Translations under genes and position numbers: made by a program
The notes under the pieces: generated by a model
The model's database searches: none
The model's input: the letters and a program-made list of their open reading frames with translations, nothing else
What the model was told of the DNA's origin: nothing
Shown: one piece after another, positions 25,355 through 38,273 of the stretch
Position numbering within the stretch: the stretch's first letter is position 1
Layout of the letters: each line of letters opens with the position of its first letter
Source: Octopus sinensis
Lineage: Eukaryota
Length of the DNA stretch: 64,000 nucleotides
Direction: 5' to 3'
Assembly: GCF_006345805.1 (NCBI RefSeq)
Contig: NC_043008.1
Coordinates: forward strand, 33,666,001 to 33,730,000

Positions 25355-26990
25355 CCATGATAGCGGAATTGTTCTAACAATTTGAAATGTCTTTTATAAC
25401 ATGTCCATTTTTCAGAAGTATACAACAGACAAATGATTTATAACGAGTCAATTTTGTATGGTCATTTATATGTCGTTGGTGCCAAACACGTGACTCCAAA
25501 TCACCAAATGCTTGTGCTGCTCTTTCAATTCACAGATTTATTTTTGTGTCCAGATTTCCATCGTTTTGTACAGAGCTTCCAAGGTAGATGAATGAATCAA
25601 CAACCTCAAGTAACTTACCTATTTCTTTACTACCCCCAAGGGGCTAACACAGAGAGGACAAACAAGGACAGACAAACGGATTAAGTCGATTATATCGACC
25701 CCAGGGCGTAACTGGTACTTATTTAATCGACCTCGGCAGAATTTGAATGTAACCGCAGACGAAATACCGCTAAGCATTTCGCCCGGCGTGCTAACGTTTC
25801 TGCCAGTTCGCCGCTAAGTAACTTACCCTTAACAAAAATTTTTGTGGGGTTGTAGACAGCACCACGTGCAGGTTGATACATTATAGCTCTTTTTCTTTTC
25901 AAGTTGGTGGTCAAGCCAAAATCATCACAAACCGAGTTATATGTAGATACAAGAGGTTGCAGACCTGTTTCAGAATGACTGACTAGATCGCAATTGTCAG
26001 CATACGAAAGTTCCCTAATGAGTGAAGTAAAACCTTCGTTTTGAATTTCAGTCTGGTCAGATTAAAAACATTCCCAGTTCGATATTTTATGTAAATACCC
26101 TAATCTGAGTTCTGAAAAGTGTGTGACAGCCCAACAGCACAGTATATTGAAAAGAGGGTGGGTGCATCAAGGTCTCCTTGCTTTACTCCATTTTCCATGG
26201 CAAAAGATTCAGAGAGCCTATCACCAAAATTAACTCTAACTTTCATACCTTGATGCAAAGCCCTGATCATGTTTACGAATTTTTCTGGACAACCTATTTT
26301 TCTTAGAATTAGACACAGGGAATTTCGATTAACAGTTTCGAATGTTTTGCTCAAATCAACAAAAGAATGGTATAGGGGAAAATTCTGTTCAATGCACTTT
26401 CTCTGCAAGTGTCTGATAGTAAAGATACAATCAACTGTGCCCCTGGAGGAGCTAAAACCACACCAAGATGCAAGCACCATATTTGGAAAAATGAAAGTAT
26501 TTAAACATTCTAACAGAATGTAATGAAGTACCTTTCTAACCACAGACAAAAGCGAAATCCCACGAAAATTACCACACAGATGCTTTGACTCCGATTTATA
26601 CAAGGAGACTAAAATGGCATCAATCCAGTCTTGAGGCACTTTCTCAGTTCTCCAACATCACAAATTAATATATTTAAAAGTTCAAACATTTTGTCACTCC
26701 CATATTTCGAGACTTCTGCACAGATTCCATCAGACCTTGGAGACTTATTGTTACTCAGCTTATTCACAACTAGATAAATGTCCTTTAGAGTTGGTTCAAA
26801 TGCCATCACTTCTATAACTGGAAGATGCTCGATTTTTTTCTATCATCCTCATGTCAACAGATGATGGTCTATTCAAAAGTGCAGAAAAATGTTCTACCCA
26901 GTGCTTATGAGTAGAAGCAGTAACAGTCAGAAGCAAATTTCCATTTGCTGTTCTCACTGGAGCTATTGAAGACGATTTTGGGCCATATAC
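25355..26990 (-). mobile_element. Degenerate RTE-BovB-like LINE interrupted by a SINE
   Basis: ORF 26100..26639: NFRGISLLS, FVDLSKTFETV, GVKQGDLDAPTLF. C-terminal remnant AFGDLESRVW at ~25500. Confidence 0.85.
25612..25815 (-). mobile_element. SINE family B (young copy) nested in a LINE
   Basis: CpG-rich copy of the family B consensus. Confidence 0.85.
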
Positions 26991-27009
26991 CACCTCAACA
27001 TAAGAGTTA

Positions 27010-27052
<43 letters not shown>

Positions 27053-27092
27053 TATATTTACACATACATACATACATACATACATACATACA

Positions 27093-27128
<36 letters not shown>

Positions 27129-27510
27129 CATACATACATACACATATATATATATATCTTAGGAAAAATATACAGGGTAGGAAAATTATAGAAAAATTTC
27201 TACCAGTGACCTGCATGCAGAAAATAGTCAATAGACTATATATTATTCACATAAAATTAGTGTACATTTAAGAGGTTCCCTGACAGGACACCTAACATGC
27301 TAGAAGGACCAACCAAAATTAAAACCATGGATTTTATATATATATATATATACACACACATATATATACATACATACATATATACATTCATGCATACATA
27401 CATACATACATATAAACATACATACATACATACATACATACATACATGTGTGTGTGTGTGAGTGTGTGTTACATGCAACGTGCTTTACATTTTATTTCAA
27501 TTCTTTGCAG

Positions 27511-27604
27511 ATTTATTTGATGAATTTGAATACTTCAGCTACTTATAGATGCACACTCGATGACCCTGATGCTGACAACAAAGGCTGTCAATTAAAGCCC
27601 GACG
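27511..27604 (+). CDS. Receptor-like gene exon 4 (IYLMNLNTSATYRCTLDDPDADNKGCQLKPD)
   Basis: Acceptor ttcaattctttgcag|ATT and donor G|gtaaat. 94 nt, phase 0-1. Two Cys and an NTS sequon. Confidence 0.8.
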
Positions 27605-27640
27605 GTAAATTATATCATATGTCTAGGCAGTTAGCGAGTA

Positions 27641-27679
<39 letters not shown>

Positions 27680-27772
27680 AAATTAAATAAGTGTAGAAAT
27701 TGATATTAAACAATTAAAACCAGTGGCCCAGCATATTTAAAAAAAATCCGAAGATTAAAAATTTTTACATAC

Positions 27773-27984
27773 AAAATTTAGAGGACTGATCTCTAAAAAA
27801 ATGGACAGCCTATATGCTAGATATAGATGTCAAAATCACCATTTTCCATGAAGAATGTATTCTCAAGAAAAAGTTCAGCTGAATTTTTTCTTCAGAACAC
27901 ATTCTTCGTGGAAAATGGGGATTTTGACGTCTATATCTAGCATATAGGCTCTCCATTTTTTTAGAGGTCAGTCCTCTAAATTTT
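27773..27984. repeat. 212-bp spacerless imperfect palindrome (Penelope-like repeat)
   Basis: Arms are reverse complements around the centre cag|ctg at 27878/27879. Weaker outer inverted match extends to ~27695/28065. Confidence 0.9.
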
Positions 27985-28083
27985 ATAGACTGTATTTTAT
28001 ATGAATAATATATAGTCCATTGACTAATCTTTTTACGCTAGGCCACTGGTAGTAAAAAATTTCTAAAATTACCCTAATATCAT

Positions 28084-28163
<80 letters not shown>

Positions 28164-28426
28164 CATACACATATATACAAATACATATATCTATATATAT
28201 ATATACATACAGATATATATGTATATCATCATCATCATCATCATCATTTAACATCCGCTTTCCATGCTAGCATGGGTTATATATATTAATAATAAAAGGG
28301 TAATATTTATTAATTAAATTAATTAATTAATTAATCAATCAATTAATTAATAATTTCAATAAGTAGATCAGTATGTTAAAATAACCTTTATAAGTAAAAT
28401 TATACAAATATTTAAAAATATATATA

Positions 28427-28828
28427 TTCTTTTTACTCTTTTACTTGTTTCAGTCATTTGACTGCAGCCATGCTGGAGCACCGCCTTTAGTCGAGCAAAT
28501 CGACCCTGGGACTTATCCTTTGTAAGCCCAGTACTTATTCTATCGGTCTCTTTTGCCGAACTGCGAAGTGACGGGGATGTAAACACACCAGCATCGGTTG
28601 TCAAGCAATGCTAGGGGGACAAACACAGACATACAAACACACACACACACATATATATATACATATATACGACAGGCTTCTTTCAGTTTCCGTCTACCAA
28701 ATCCACTCACAAGCATGGGTCGGCCCGGGGCTATAGCAGAAGACACTTGCCCAAGATGCCACGCAGTGGGACTGAACCCGGAGCCATGTGGTTGGTAAGC
28801 AAGCTACTTACCACACAGCCACTCCTCC
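28427..28828 (-). mobile_element. SINE family A
   Basis: Full-length reverse-complement copy. Confidence 0.9.
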
Positions 28829-28829
28829 G

Positions 28830-28875
<46 letters not shown>

Positions 28876-28929
28876 GATATATACATACATACATACACGC
28901 ACAGACATACACACACACACACACTTATA

Positions 28930-29808
28930 CGAGGGCTGATCAACGAGTATCTGGACTGTTGCCATGGTAATGAAACCAAAGCATGCAAAGTAAAGCCACT
29001 TGGCACAGCTTGACAGTGAGCTCTGCTTTTAATGTTCTAGCTCACTTTTGCTGTTTATAGCAGTGCTTGGAAGGAAGGTGTGTAGCGTGTGATCATCACA
29101 TTGACTATGACAGAGAACGTTATTATGGTGACACCTCCTCAGAAGCCTACGTAAAGTTGCTAAAAGTGTATAGATAACAGTGCATGAGCCACACACAATT
29201 GTACAAGTAATTGAGATGTTTCCAAGATGGCTGAAAAAAATGTTGATATTGACGACCGTTCTGGGAGATACGTAACCAGCGGAACTGAGAAAAACATTGC
29301 AAATGTTCGTGCAGCTGTGAGGGGAAATCATCAAATCACCATCCATGTGTTATTAGAGGATTTGCAGATTAGTTATGTTTCAGTTCAGTCCATTATCACT
29401 GAAGATTTGGGTATGAGACATGTGTCTGCCAAATTTGTGCCAAAACTGCTCTCAGCTGACCAAAAAGACATTCAGGTTTCAGTTGCACAAGATTTCTTTG
29501 ATGGTGTCGAGAATGATGAAAACTTTATAAAAACTTTGTGTAGGCTGCTGAGCAGGTATTGCCAAGCTTTTGGCAAAATTGGATGCAGATTCTCTGCTCA
29601 AGTTTCTCTGTCATGGTCAATGCGATGATCACACACTACACACCTACCTTCCAAGCTCTGCTGTAAAAAGCGGAAGTGAGCTAGAACATTAAATCTTAGT
29701 GCGCATGTGCAGCAGAGTTCATGGTCAATCTGTGCCAAGCAGCTTCACTCTCCATACTCGAGCTTCGTTACTGTAGCAACAATCTGGATACATATTGATC
29801 AGACCACG
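28930..29808 (+). mobile_element. Long-TIR (foldback-like) non-autonomous mariner
   Basis: ~200-bp imperfect inverted ends and TA at the left end. ORF 29227..29628: DDRSGR..ISYVSVQSIITEDLGMRHVSAKFVPKLLSADQK (mariner HTH and linker). Confidence 0.85.
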
Positions 29809-30590
29809 TTTACATATATATTCATACATATACACATACATACATATGTATATATACATACGTGTGTGTGTGTGTGTGTGTGTGTTTGTGTTGTATGTGT
29901 GTGTGTGTGTGTGTATCAGTATAAAAACGTAGTACAAGATATAGATTCAGTGAATTGTGTGGCTGTCACAGAAAGCTCCTCTACCAGACTCAGCTAGCAG
30001 ACCACATAATAATCCAATACAGAATAGTGTACTGCAAAGTGCTCATGTAGTTGAAATACATAAAATCCAATCAATGAAATTATTTCAATTAGTAGTATAT
30101 AAGCCACAAAACATCAGGCAATATCAGAATTGAATATATTTATTTAACGTTTAACATCCATAGGGTTACAGTTGTTTCACAGCCTACTTCATGTAGAAAG
30201 AATTTCAGTGTGCAGCATGTCATGTTTACATGTCTTCATTAATATGCATGCTATGCATTATACAATTCCTCTTCACAAATGAATGCAAGTAAAGTAAGCT
30301 AATCATCAGATCACCAGAATATCGAAGTAATACCAACAATTTAATGATTTGTGAATATACAATCGTATTGTATAATACACATCATGCATATGGATATAAT
30401 CATGTGAACATAATTTATTGCACACTGAAATTATTACTACATAAAGAATGTTTCAAAACAGCTGTAATCCTATAGATGTCAAGTGGTTAAATAAATGTAT
30501 TCGCCCCTTATACCTCTTGGCTTTTTAAGGTTTATACTGATACATGTATGTATGTATGTATGTATGTATGTATGTATGTATGTATGTATG

Positions 30591-30644
<54 letters not shown>

Positions 30645-30647
<3 letters not shown>

Positions 30648-33140
30648 AGGTATTTCGTGTTGCAAGACAGTGTGTGAGAGAGAATCGTGATGTGGTAGGA
30701 GAGAAGTGTGTTCGCACGGATGATGGTTCACTTGCGCTAAATGAGGATGCAAAGAGAGAGAGGTTTGGAGATGCCACTATGAAAGGTAGCCGAATAAACA
30801 AAATGAATGGGATAAAGAGAGTCTGCCGAATGTTGACCCTACAGAGGGACCAGCTATCTGAGTTGATAGTTCCGTGGTAGCTAAGGCAATTAGAAGCATG
30901 AAGACAGGGAAAGCCCCAGGCCCATCAGGAATTACTGCAGAGATGCTCAAAATATCTGGCAGAGTCGGCTATAACCTAGTCACCCGTATAGTCAACCAGG
31001 TAATACACGAAGGAATCATACTCAATGACTGGTGTAGCAGCATACTAGTCAACTGCTACAAAGGTAAAGGTGATGCCCTAGATACAAATAATTACAGAGG
31101 TATCAAGCTGTTGGATCAGGTAATGAAGGTTACGGAGAGGGTCATAGCCCAACTAATTAGAGAGAGAGTTAGTTTAGATGAGATGTAGTTTGGGTTCGTG
31201 CCAGGGAAAAGCACCACTGATGCTATATTCCTGGTAAGGCAGCTGCAGGAGAAATACCTAGCCAAAGATAAGCCCCTGTACCTGGCTTTCGTTGACATGG
31301 AGAAAGCCTTTGATAGGGTCCCCCAATCCCTCATCTGGTGGTCAATGAGGAAACTAGGGATAGATGAATGGCTGGTGAGGGCTGTGCTAGCCATGTACAG
31401 AGATGCAATAAGTAAGGTTAGGGTTGGCAACATGTACACAGAAGAATTCAAAGTAGAGGTTGGGGTCCACCAGGGTTCAGTACTCAGCCCCCTCCTATTT
31501 ATCATAGTCCTCCAGGCAATTACGGAGGAATTCAAGACAGGTTGCCCCTGGGAGCTCCTCTATGCTGACGACCTCGCTCTAATTGCTGAGTCACTATCAG
31601 AACTGGAGGAGAAGTTCCAGGTGTGGAAGGAGGGTTTAGAATCGAGGGGCCTTAGAGTCAACCTAGCTAAAACCAAAGTACTAATAAGTAGAAAGGTAGA
31701 CAATCCACAACTATCCTCAGGAAGATGGCCCTGCTCGATCGGTAGAAAAGGTGTAGGTAGAAACTCTATAAAATGTACCCAGTGTAAGCTATGGACACAT
31801 AAGAGGTGCAGCAATGTCAAAGGTAGGCTAACTGGGAAGATAGTTTTTGTATGTGGCAGATGTTCGGGAGCATTGACCTCCGAAAATCTGCAGAAAACAA
31901 CTTCCGTCACTTTCCAGGGGGAAAAACTAGAAGTAGTTGATAGCTTCCGTTATCTAGGTGACCAAGTCAGTAGTGGGTGCGCTGAAAGTGTAACTGCTAG
32001 AATAAGAATAGCCTGGGCAAAGTTTAGGGAGCTCTTACCTCTGCTGGTGACTAAAGGCCTCTCGCTCAGAGTAAAAGGCAGACTGTATGATGCATGTGTA
32101 CGAACAGCCATGCTACATGGCAGTGAAACATGGGCCGTGACTGCTGAGGACATGCGTAAGCTCGTGAGGAATGAAGCCAGTATGCTCCGATGGATGTGTA
32201 ATGTCAGTGTACTTACTCGACAGAGCGTTAGTACCTTGAGAAAAATGTTGTACCTAAGAAGCATCAGTCGTGGTGTGCAAGAGAGACGATTGCACTGGTA
32301 TGGTCATGTAGCGAGAATGGATGAAGATAGGTGTGTGAGAAAGTGCCAATCCCTAGCAGTTGAGGGAACCCATGGAAGAGGTAGACCCAGGAAAACCTGG
32401 GACGAGGTGGTGAAGCACGACCTTCGAACGTTAGGTCTCACCATGGAAATGACTAGAGACCGAGACCTATGGAAGTATGCTGTGTGTGAGAAGACCCGGC
32501 AAGACTAGTGAAGCCATAACCCGTGGCCCCTACCTGGGACGTAGTCAGTCCACCTGTGCATACCTTCCTTCTTGTGACACTTGTGAAGACCTGTTGAGGC
32601 AAGTGAAAATCAAAATCAAAACCAAAATCAAAATCAAATCAAATCAAATCAAAACAAATCAAAATAGATGAACATCAATGGAATTTGTATCCTTGTGGTA
32701 CCAGTGCTGGTGGCACATAAGAAAACCATCCGAACGTGACCGTAGCCAGTACCGCATCGACTGGCCTCCGTGCTGAGGGCACGTAACAAACACCATCCGA
32801 GCGTGGCCGTTCGCCAGCCTCGTCTGGCACCTGTGTCGGTGGCACATAAAAAACACCATCCGAGCGTTGCCGTCTGCCAGCCTCGTCTGGCACCTGTGTC
32901 GGTGGCACATAAAAACACCATCCGAGCGTGGCCGTCTGCCAGCCTCGTCTGGCACCTGTGTCGGTGGCACATAAAATCACCCACTACACTCTCGGAGTGG
33001 TTGGCATTAGGAAGGGCATCCAGCTGTAGAAACACTGCCAGATCTGACTGGCCTGGTGCAGCCTTCGAGCTTGCCAGACCCCAGTTGAACTGTCCAACCC
33101 ATGCTAGCATGGAAAGCGGACGTTAAACGATGATGATGAT
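30645..33140 (+). mobile_element. 5'-truncated RTE LINE with a 436-codon open RT/C-terminal segment
   Basis: ORFs 30874..31188 and 31198..32508: KAPGPSGI, FVDMEKAFDRV, GVHQGSVLSPLLF, LLYADDL, FRYLGD. PHD-like Cys cluster, (AAATC)n, ~58-bp tandem repeats and (GAT)n tail. Confidence 0.95.
32705..32975 (+). repeat. ~58-bp tandem repeat (x3 plus one diverged unit) in the RTE 3' UTR
   Basis: Unit caccatccgagcgtggccgt..gccagcctcgtctggcacctgtgtcggtggcacataaaaa. Confidence 0.9.
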
Positions 33141-33599
33141 GATATATATATATATATACATATATATGATGGATTCTCTTGTATGTAAACTACAAATGAG
33201 GGTTCAGTAAAATAAAGCATTAATCATGTTCTATAGACATGAATGTGTCTCTTGAGGCCTGCTAGTGCTTTGCAAACCTATTGGTGAATGGAACAAGTTG
33301 AGGACTCAGTTTGCTTCAGTGTATATGGATCAATCACACTGTGTTTTCTTGAGTGGATGGCTAGACCTGCTTTGCTTTGAGCTATAAAATTATTATGACA
33401 GTTAAGGTTTCCATTTAGAAGAGCAGCATTTTGCCAGGATCCCTACATGTTTGCACAAATTTGCTCACAATCACCAGTCCATTATCACTGAAGAATTGGG
33501 TATGAGACACGTATCTGCCAAGTTTGTGCCCAAATTGTCTCAGCTGACCAATAAGACACTCAGGTTTCAGTTGCACAAGATTTCTTTCCTTCACCTATG

Positions 33600-34400
33600 T
33601 TGGTGAAGGAGGTGACAGTTTTTAATGCTTTCCCATCAACATATACAGTAGGGTAACTTCAGGAAGATGGTCACAAATGGGTTGATGGACAACCTCAGTT
33701 TTTTTGATACTGATGGTCAGTGAGAAGCTGTTTAGAATCCATAGCATGTCCTCAAGAATGTGTGCTACAAGTGCACAGTCAGCTGTGAAGAGTAAATCTT
33801 GAACTGTTTGCACAAAAGTCTTACTTTTTGCTTTGAAATGCTGTTGGTTGAACAAACCACAACCAGTTCTGTGCTCAAACTTTACTCCTTCTTTAATACC
33901 CTTGAATGTTGTTTCCAATATGGTGGAGAAATAGAAAACAAATAAGAGTGGTGCAAGAACACAGCCACGTTTTGTCCCATTTGAAAGTGTGAATGAATCA
34001 AATGGTTTCATGCTAGATCTGAGAGAAGCCATCATCCCTTGATGTAAAGAAATGATGACATTGAGCATCTTTTCTGAAACACCCAGCTTTTTAAGGACAA
34101 TCCAAAGAGCATCTCTAGATACGGTGCCAAAATGAAAGCTTTAGTTAGATCTGCAAAAATTACAAAAAGGTTTCCGTTGTGCTCACAAGCCTTTTCCTGC
34201 TGCTGCCTTAGGCTAAAAATCATATCCACTGTGCCTCTACCAGCCTGAAATCTACAGAGATTCAGGGAACACCAAGCTGGCAAGGGCATCATTTAGTCTG
34301 TTTAAGATAAACCCTTGAAAGGAGCTTCCTGGCAACACACAAACGGGAGATACCTCTATGGTTGTCACATTCACATTTGTTGCCATTGTCCTGTGGGACT
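33600..34400 (-). mobile_element. Degenerate RTE-BovB-like RT fragment
   Basis: ORF 33622..34068: NGTKRGCVLAPLLF..DLLFTADCAL. ORF 34032..34292: GRGTVDMIFSLRQ..FADLTKAF. Confidence 0.8.
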
Positions 34401-34583
34401 GATCCTGGTGCTCAGATTGAGGAGAAGAGTTCACATAACTTGTTCAGTAGGAAACAAATTTATGGAGACGGAAACACATCAACATCAATTGTCAAGCAGT
34501 GGTGATTGTGCCATGCAGTGAGACTGAACTCAGAACCATGTGGCTGGGAAGCAAGCTTCTCATCGCACAGCCACTCCTGCGTC

Positions 34584-34643
<60 letters not shown>

Positions 34644-34718
34644 CCCCATCACGGTAGAGAGAGAGAAATAGAGTAGGTAAAGAGCTTATCATTAAGAAAA
34701 GCTGACAATAGTAATAGG

Positions 34719-34790
<72 letters not shown>

Positions 34791-34794
<4 letters not shown>

Positions 34795-35667
34795 GTCTGA
34801 TCAATAAGTATCCAGACTGCTGCAATAGTATCAAAGCCAGAGCATGATGAGGGAAATCACCTGGTAAAGATCACCTCCGAATTCTGCTGGGCAAGTGCAC
34901 AAAGCTCCAACGTTCTAGCTCACTTCTACTGTTTCCAGCACTGCTTGGAAGGAAGGTGTGTAGAGTGCAACCATTGCCTTGACTATGACAGAGAAAGTTG
35001 TCATGGCGATACCTGCTCTGAGGCTCATGCAAAGTTGCAGAAAGTTATGAAGAGGAGTGTATGAGCTGTGCACAAGTGTACAAGTAGTTCAGACGTTTCC
35101 AAGATGGTAAAAAAAATGTCGATATTGATTACCATTCTGGGTGGCCTGCAACCAGCAGAACTGAGAAAAACATGGCAGATGTGCGTGCAGCAGTGTGGGG
35201 AAATTGTTGAATCACCATCCATGAGTTATCAGTGGATGTGCAGATTAGTTACGGTTCGGTTCAGTCTATTATCACTGAAGTTTTGGTCATGAGACACGTG
35301 TCTGCCAAGTTTGTGCCAAAGCTGCTTTCAGCTGACCAGAAACACACTTGGTTCTCAGTTGCACAAAATCCTGATTGCATCGAGAATGATGAAAACTTTT
35401 TGAAAACTTTGCATAGGTCTCTGAGCAGGTATTACTAAGCTTTTGGCAAAATTTAATGCAGATTATCTGTTTAACTTTGTGGTTATTGTGATGACCACAC
35501 ACCAAACCCCTTCTTTCCAAACACTACTGTAAAAAAGGAGCCAGAATGTTAAAACTTAATATGCATGCACAACAGCGTTCTAGGTTAATCTGTGCCAAGT
35601 GGCCTCATTCTGTGTACCTCAGTTTGCTACTATGGCAACAGCCTGGATACTTATTGATCAGACAAGG
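34791..35667 (+). mobile_element. Second copy of the long-TIR non-autonomous mariner
   Basis: Colinear with 28930-29808. TA flanks. ORF 35232..35438: ISYGSVQSIITE..VSAKFVPKLLSADQK. A third fragment lies at ~33470-33590. Confidence 0.85.
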
Positions 35668-36056
35668 TATATATGATTTATTTAGTTTTAAGTTCCTTTT
35701 AAATGTACCAGCATTAATGAGGTTGCCAAGTGTCTTGCAAGACAAAGATCGTTTGAGGGGTGTGGTATTGATGGTGGTGGCTTTGTGCCAGGCGATGAGA
35801 GGTTGGAGTATGATGTGGGGATAGAAACAGGGGTCTTGCTGCCGAGGAGACAGAGTTTCCCCAGTTAGAGGGTGATGAGATTGAACAAGAGAGAGAGAGA
35901 AAGAGAGAAATGGTGGTGAGCCAGTTACTAACAAAGCAACAAGATTTTTTGTGTTGAAGGAGTTCCCGGTGGGCATGGGGATGAGTCGGTGTGTTGGTTG
36001 ACCTGTCAATGCATACACCCAAGTGTGTGCATCTATTCACTTAAAGAATTTCACAT

Positions 36057-36088
<32 letters not shown>

Positions 36089-36436
36089 ATATATGTGTAT
36101 GTGTGTATGTGTATGTTTGTCCCTCCAACATTGCTTGACAACTGATGCTGGTGTGTTTACATGCCCGTACCTTAGTGGGTCAGCTAAAGAGACCGATAGA
36201 ATAAATACCAGGCTAACAAAGAATTAGTCCTGGGATCGATTTGCTCAACTAAAGGTGGTGCTCCAGTATGGCTGCAGTCAAATGACTGAAACAAGTAAAA
36301 GAATAAAAGGAAATGTATATATATCAATTTAGAATGAGGGTGAGAAATTGGATATTGATTTAATTAAACTAACATCAATTTAACACCAGTGGTCTAGCAT
36401 ATTAAAAATCTGAAGGTTCAGTAAACTGTATTATAT

Positions 36437-36720
36437 ACAAATGAAAGGGATGACCACTATGTGGACAACCCTTATGCTAGAAGTAGATCTGCTGTGGTCT
36501 TACCACTAAGAAATGTTCTCAACAAAAATTTAGCAAACACCAGAATGTAAGCGAGCAAGACAAATGTAAAGTAACAAAATATAGATAATTTATATTTTGT
36601 TACTTTTCATTTGTCTTGCTTACTTACATTTTTCTTGGGAACATTTCTTAGTGGTAAGATCACAGCGGATCTATTTCTAGAATAAGGGTTGTCCACATAG
36701 TGATCATCTCTCTCATTTGT
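36437..36720. repeat. ~280-bp imperfect palindrome (Penelope-like repeat)
   Basis: acaaatgaaagggatgaccactatgtggacaaccc.. pairs with ..gggttgtccacatagtgatcatctctctcatttgt. Centre at ~36587. Confidence 0.9.
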
Positions 36721-36853
36721 GTGTGTATATATATATATATATATACATGTATATGTATATATGTATGTATATATGTGTGTTTACATATATATGTATATAT
36801 ACATTTAGTAAAAGGTGAAAGATTTATCCGCTTGACATTTTTTTAATGCCCAG

Positions 36854-36961
36854 ATATTGTTAAGGAACGAACTATTCCATATATTCCATATGGCAGCACC
36901 TCTAACATAATTACTACAACAGATGATCAAACAGGTTCAGAGGAAAATACATCAGTTCTTG
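36854..36961 (+). CDS. Receptor-like gene exon 5 (S/T-rich stalk DIVKERTIPYIPYGSTSNIITTTDDQTGSEENTSVL)
   Basis: Acceptor cattttttaatgcccag|AT and donor G|gtatgt. 108 nt, phase 1-1, open. NTS sequon. Confidence 0.8.
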
Positions 36962-37289
36962 GTATGTATTTCTTTAAAGTGTATATGGAATGCTTGTTCC
37001 CCCTTCTATAAACTTCATCCATCTATCAACATTGTTCATATTCATCCAACTGTCCATACACAGGATAGGACTTGTTTAGCTCAATTTTCTTCTTCTATCA
37101 TATTTTTCCCCATTTTTATTTTCACTGATCCCTCTGTGAATTGTGTCATATGGACAGATATATGAATTGTGTCATCTCTGTCAACAACCTGTAGCCTTCT
37201 CAGCCTGCAGCCCCACTTTGTCAAGAACTCAGTAACAGTACACTATTTCTCCTTGAAACCCATTATTTGTTTACAATGAAGAAGAAGAA

Positions 37290-37492
37290 TCCTTTCTATT
37301 ATAGAAACAATGCCTGAAATTTTGGGGGAGGGGCTAGTCAGTTAGATTAATCCCACTGCACAGCTGGTACTCATTTCATTGACCAAAAATGACAGTCAAC
37401 TCATGCAGCATTTAAACTCAGAACATAAGATGGACAAAATGCTGCTGAGTATTTTGTCCATCCAGCTAACAATCCTTCCAGTTTGCTGCCTT
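37290..37492 (-). mobile_element. SINE family B (diverged)
   Basis: Reverse complement of the family B consensus. Confidence 0.65.
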
Positions 37493-38273
37493 AATGAAGA
37501 GGAATAATACAAGGAAGAAGCATTACTATGGAAGTGTTATAGTACCAACATATACAATTTGAATGACCTATGTCAGTTACTTAAAAAGTTACACCTACTT
37601 TTGCTTTATTTTAGTTGCAGTCCTCATAACAAGCTATATACACTATTCTTTAATCCTTTTGAAATGTATTTCCCAAATGAACTTTTCTTTGATTTAATTT
37701 TTACATTGATGGATTGGTCTTTATAACCAAATTTATATAATAATATACTGTCTTGAATCACACTACATTTGGTTCATCCAAACTGAATTTTTGCTAGTTT
37801 AAAAATTTACTCGCAAAACCTTTTCTGTAAATTAGTTCTACCAACTTAAAATCTGGACATTTATGCAACACCAATTATCTCTCATATTCTACCATCATGC
37901 TTGCTATCCAGATAGATAAAGATCCACAAGATAGGACTTGTTTAGCTCAATCTTCTTCTGATATTATATTTTCCTTATTTTCTTTTTTCACTGATCCTAC
38001 TATTCCCATTTCTTTGTTTCCCTTTCTCCCCTTCTTCTCTTTTGGTACGTTTATTTCTACATTTGTCTTATAACTTCCCTTGATGACCAAAGTGTAACAC
38101 ACAGAAAAAAAAAGACAGGAACGAGCAGTATAATATTATAATCTTCATTGTTAGAGCTTTAACACTGCTTTTCATACTTGTGACAATGTTAAATTGAACT
38201 GTTGTTTCTAGCAAAAGTCTTGTTCACACTTGTGCTTTAAATTCACTTCAGAAGCAAAACAATAAACATTGAG

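Noticed and set aside
30164-30293. Possible exon ccatag|..AAA|gtaagc
   Set aside because: All three frames contain stops.
32705-32975. Regular ~58-bp repeats superficially like a CRISPR array
   Set aside because: Contiguous tandem units without unique spacers, inside a eukaryotic LINE 3' UTR, and no cas genes.
37615-37670. Alternative TM-like exon VAVLITSYIHYSLILLK
   Set aside because: Poorly hydrophobic with a weak donor in the wrong phase. 42032-42098 fits much better.
38060-38130. TTGATGA-CC..GG-AAC..GTA hammerhead-like remnant
   Set aside because: Both core boxes are mutated, so it is at most a decayed PLE ribozyme.
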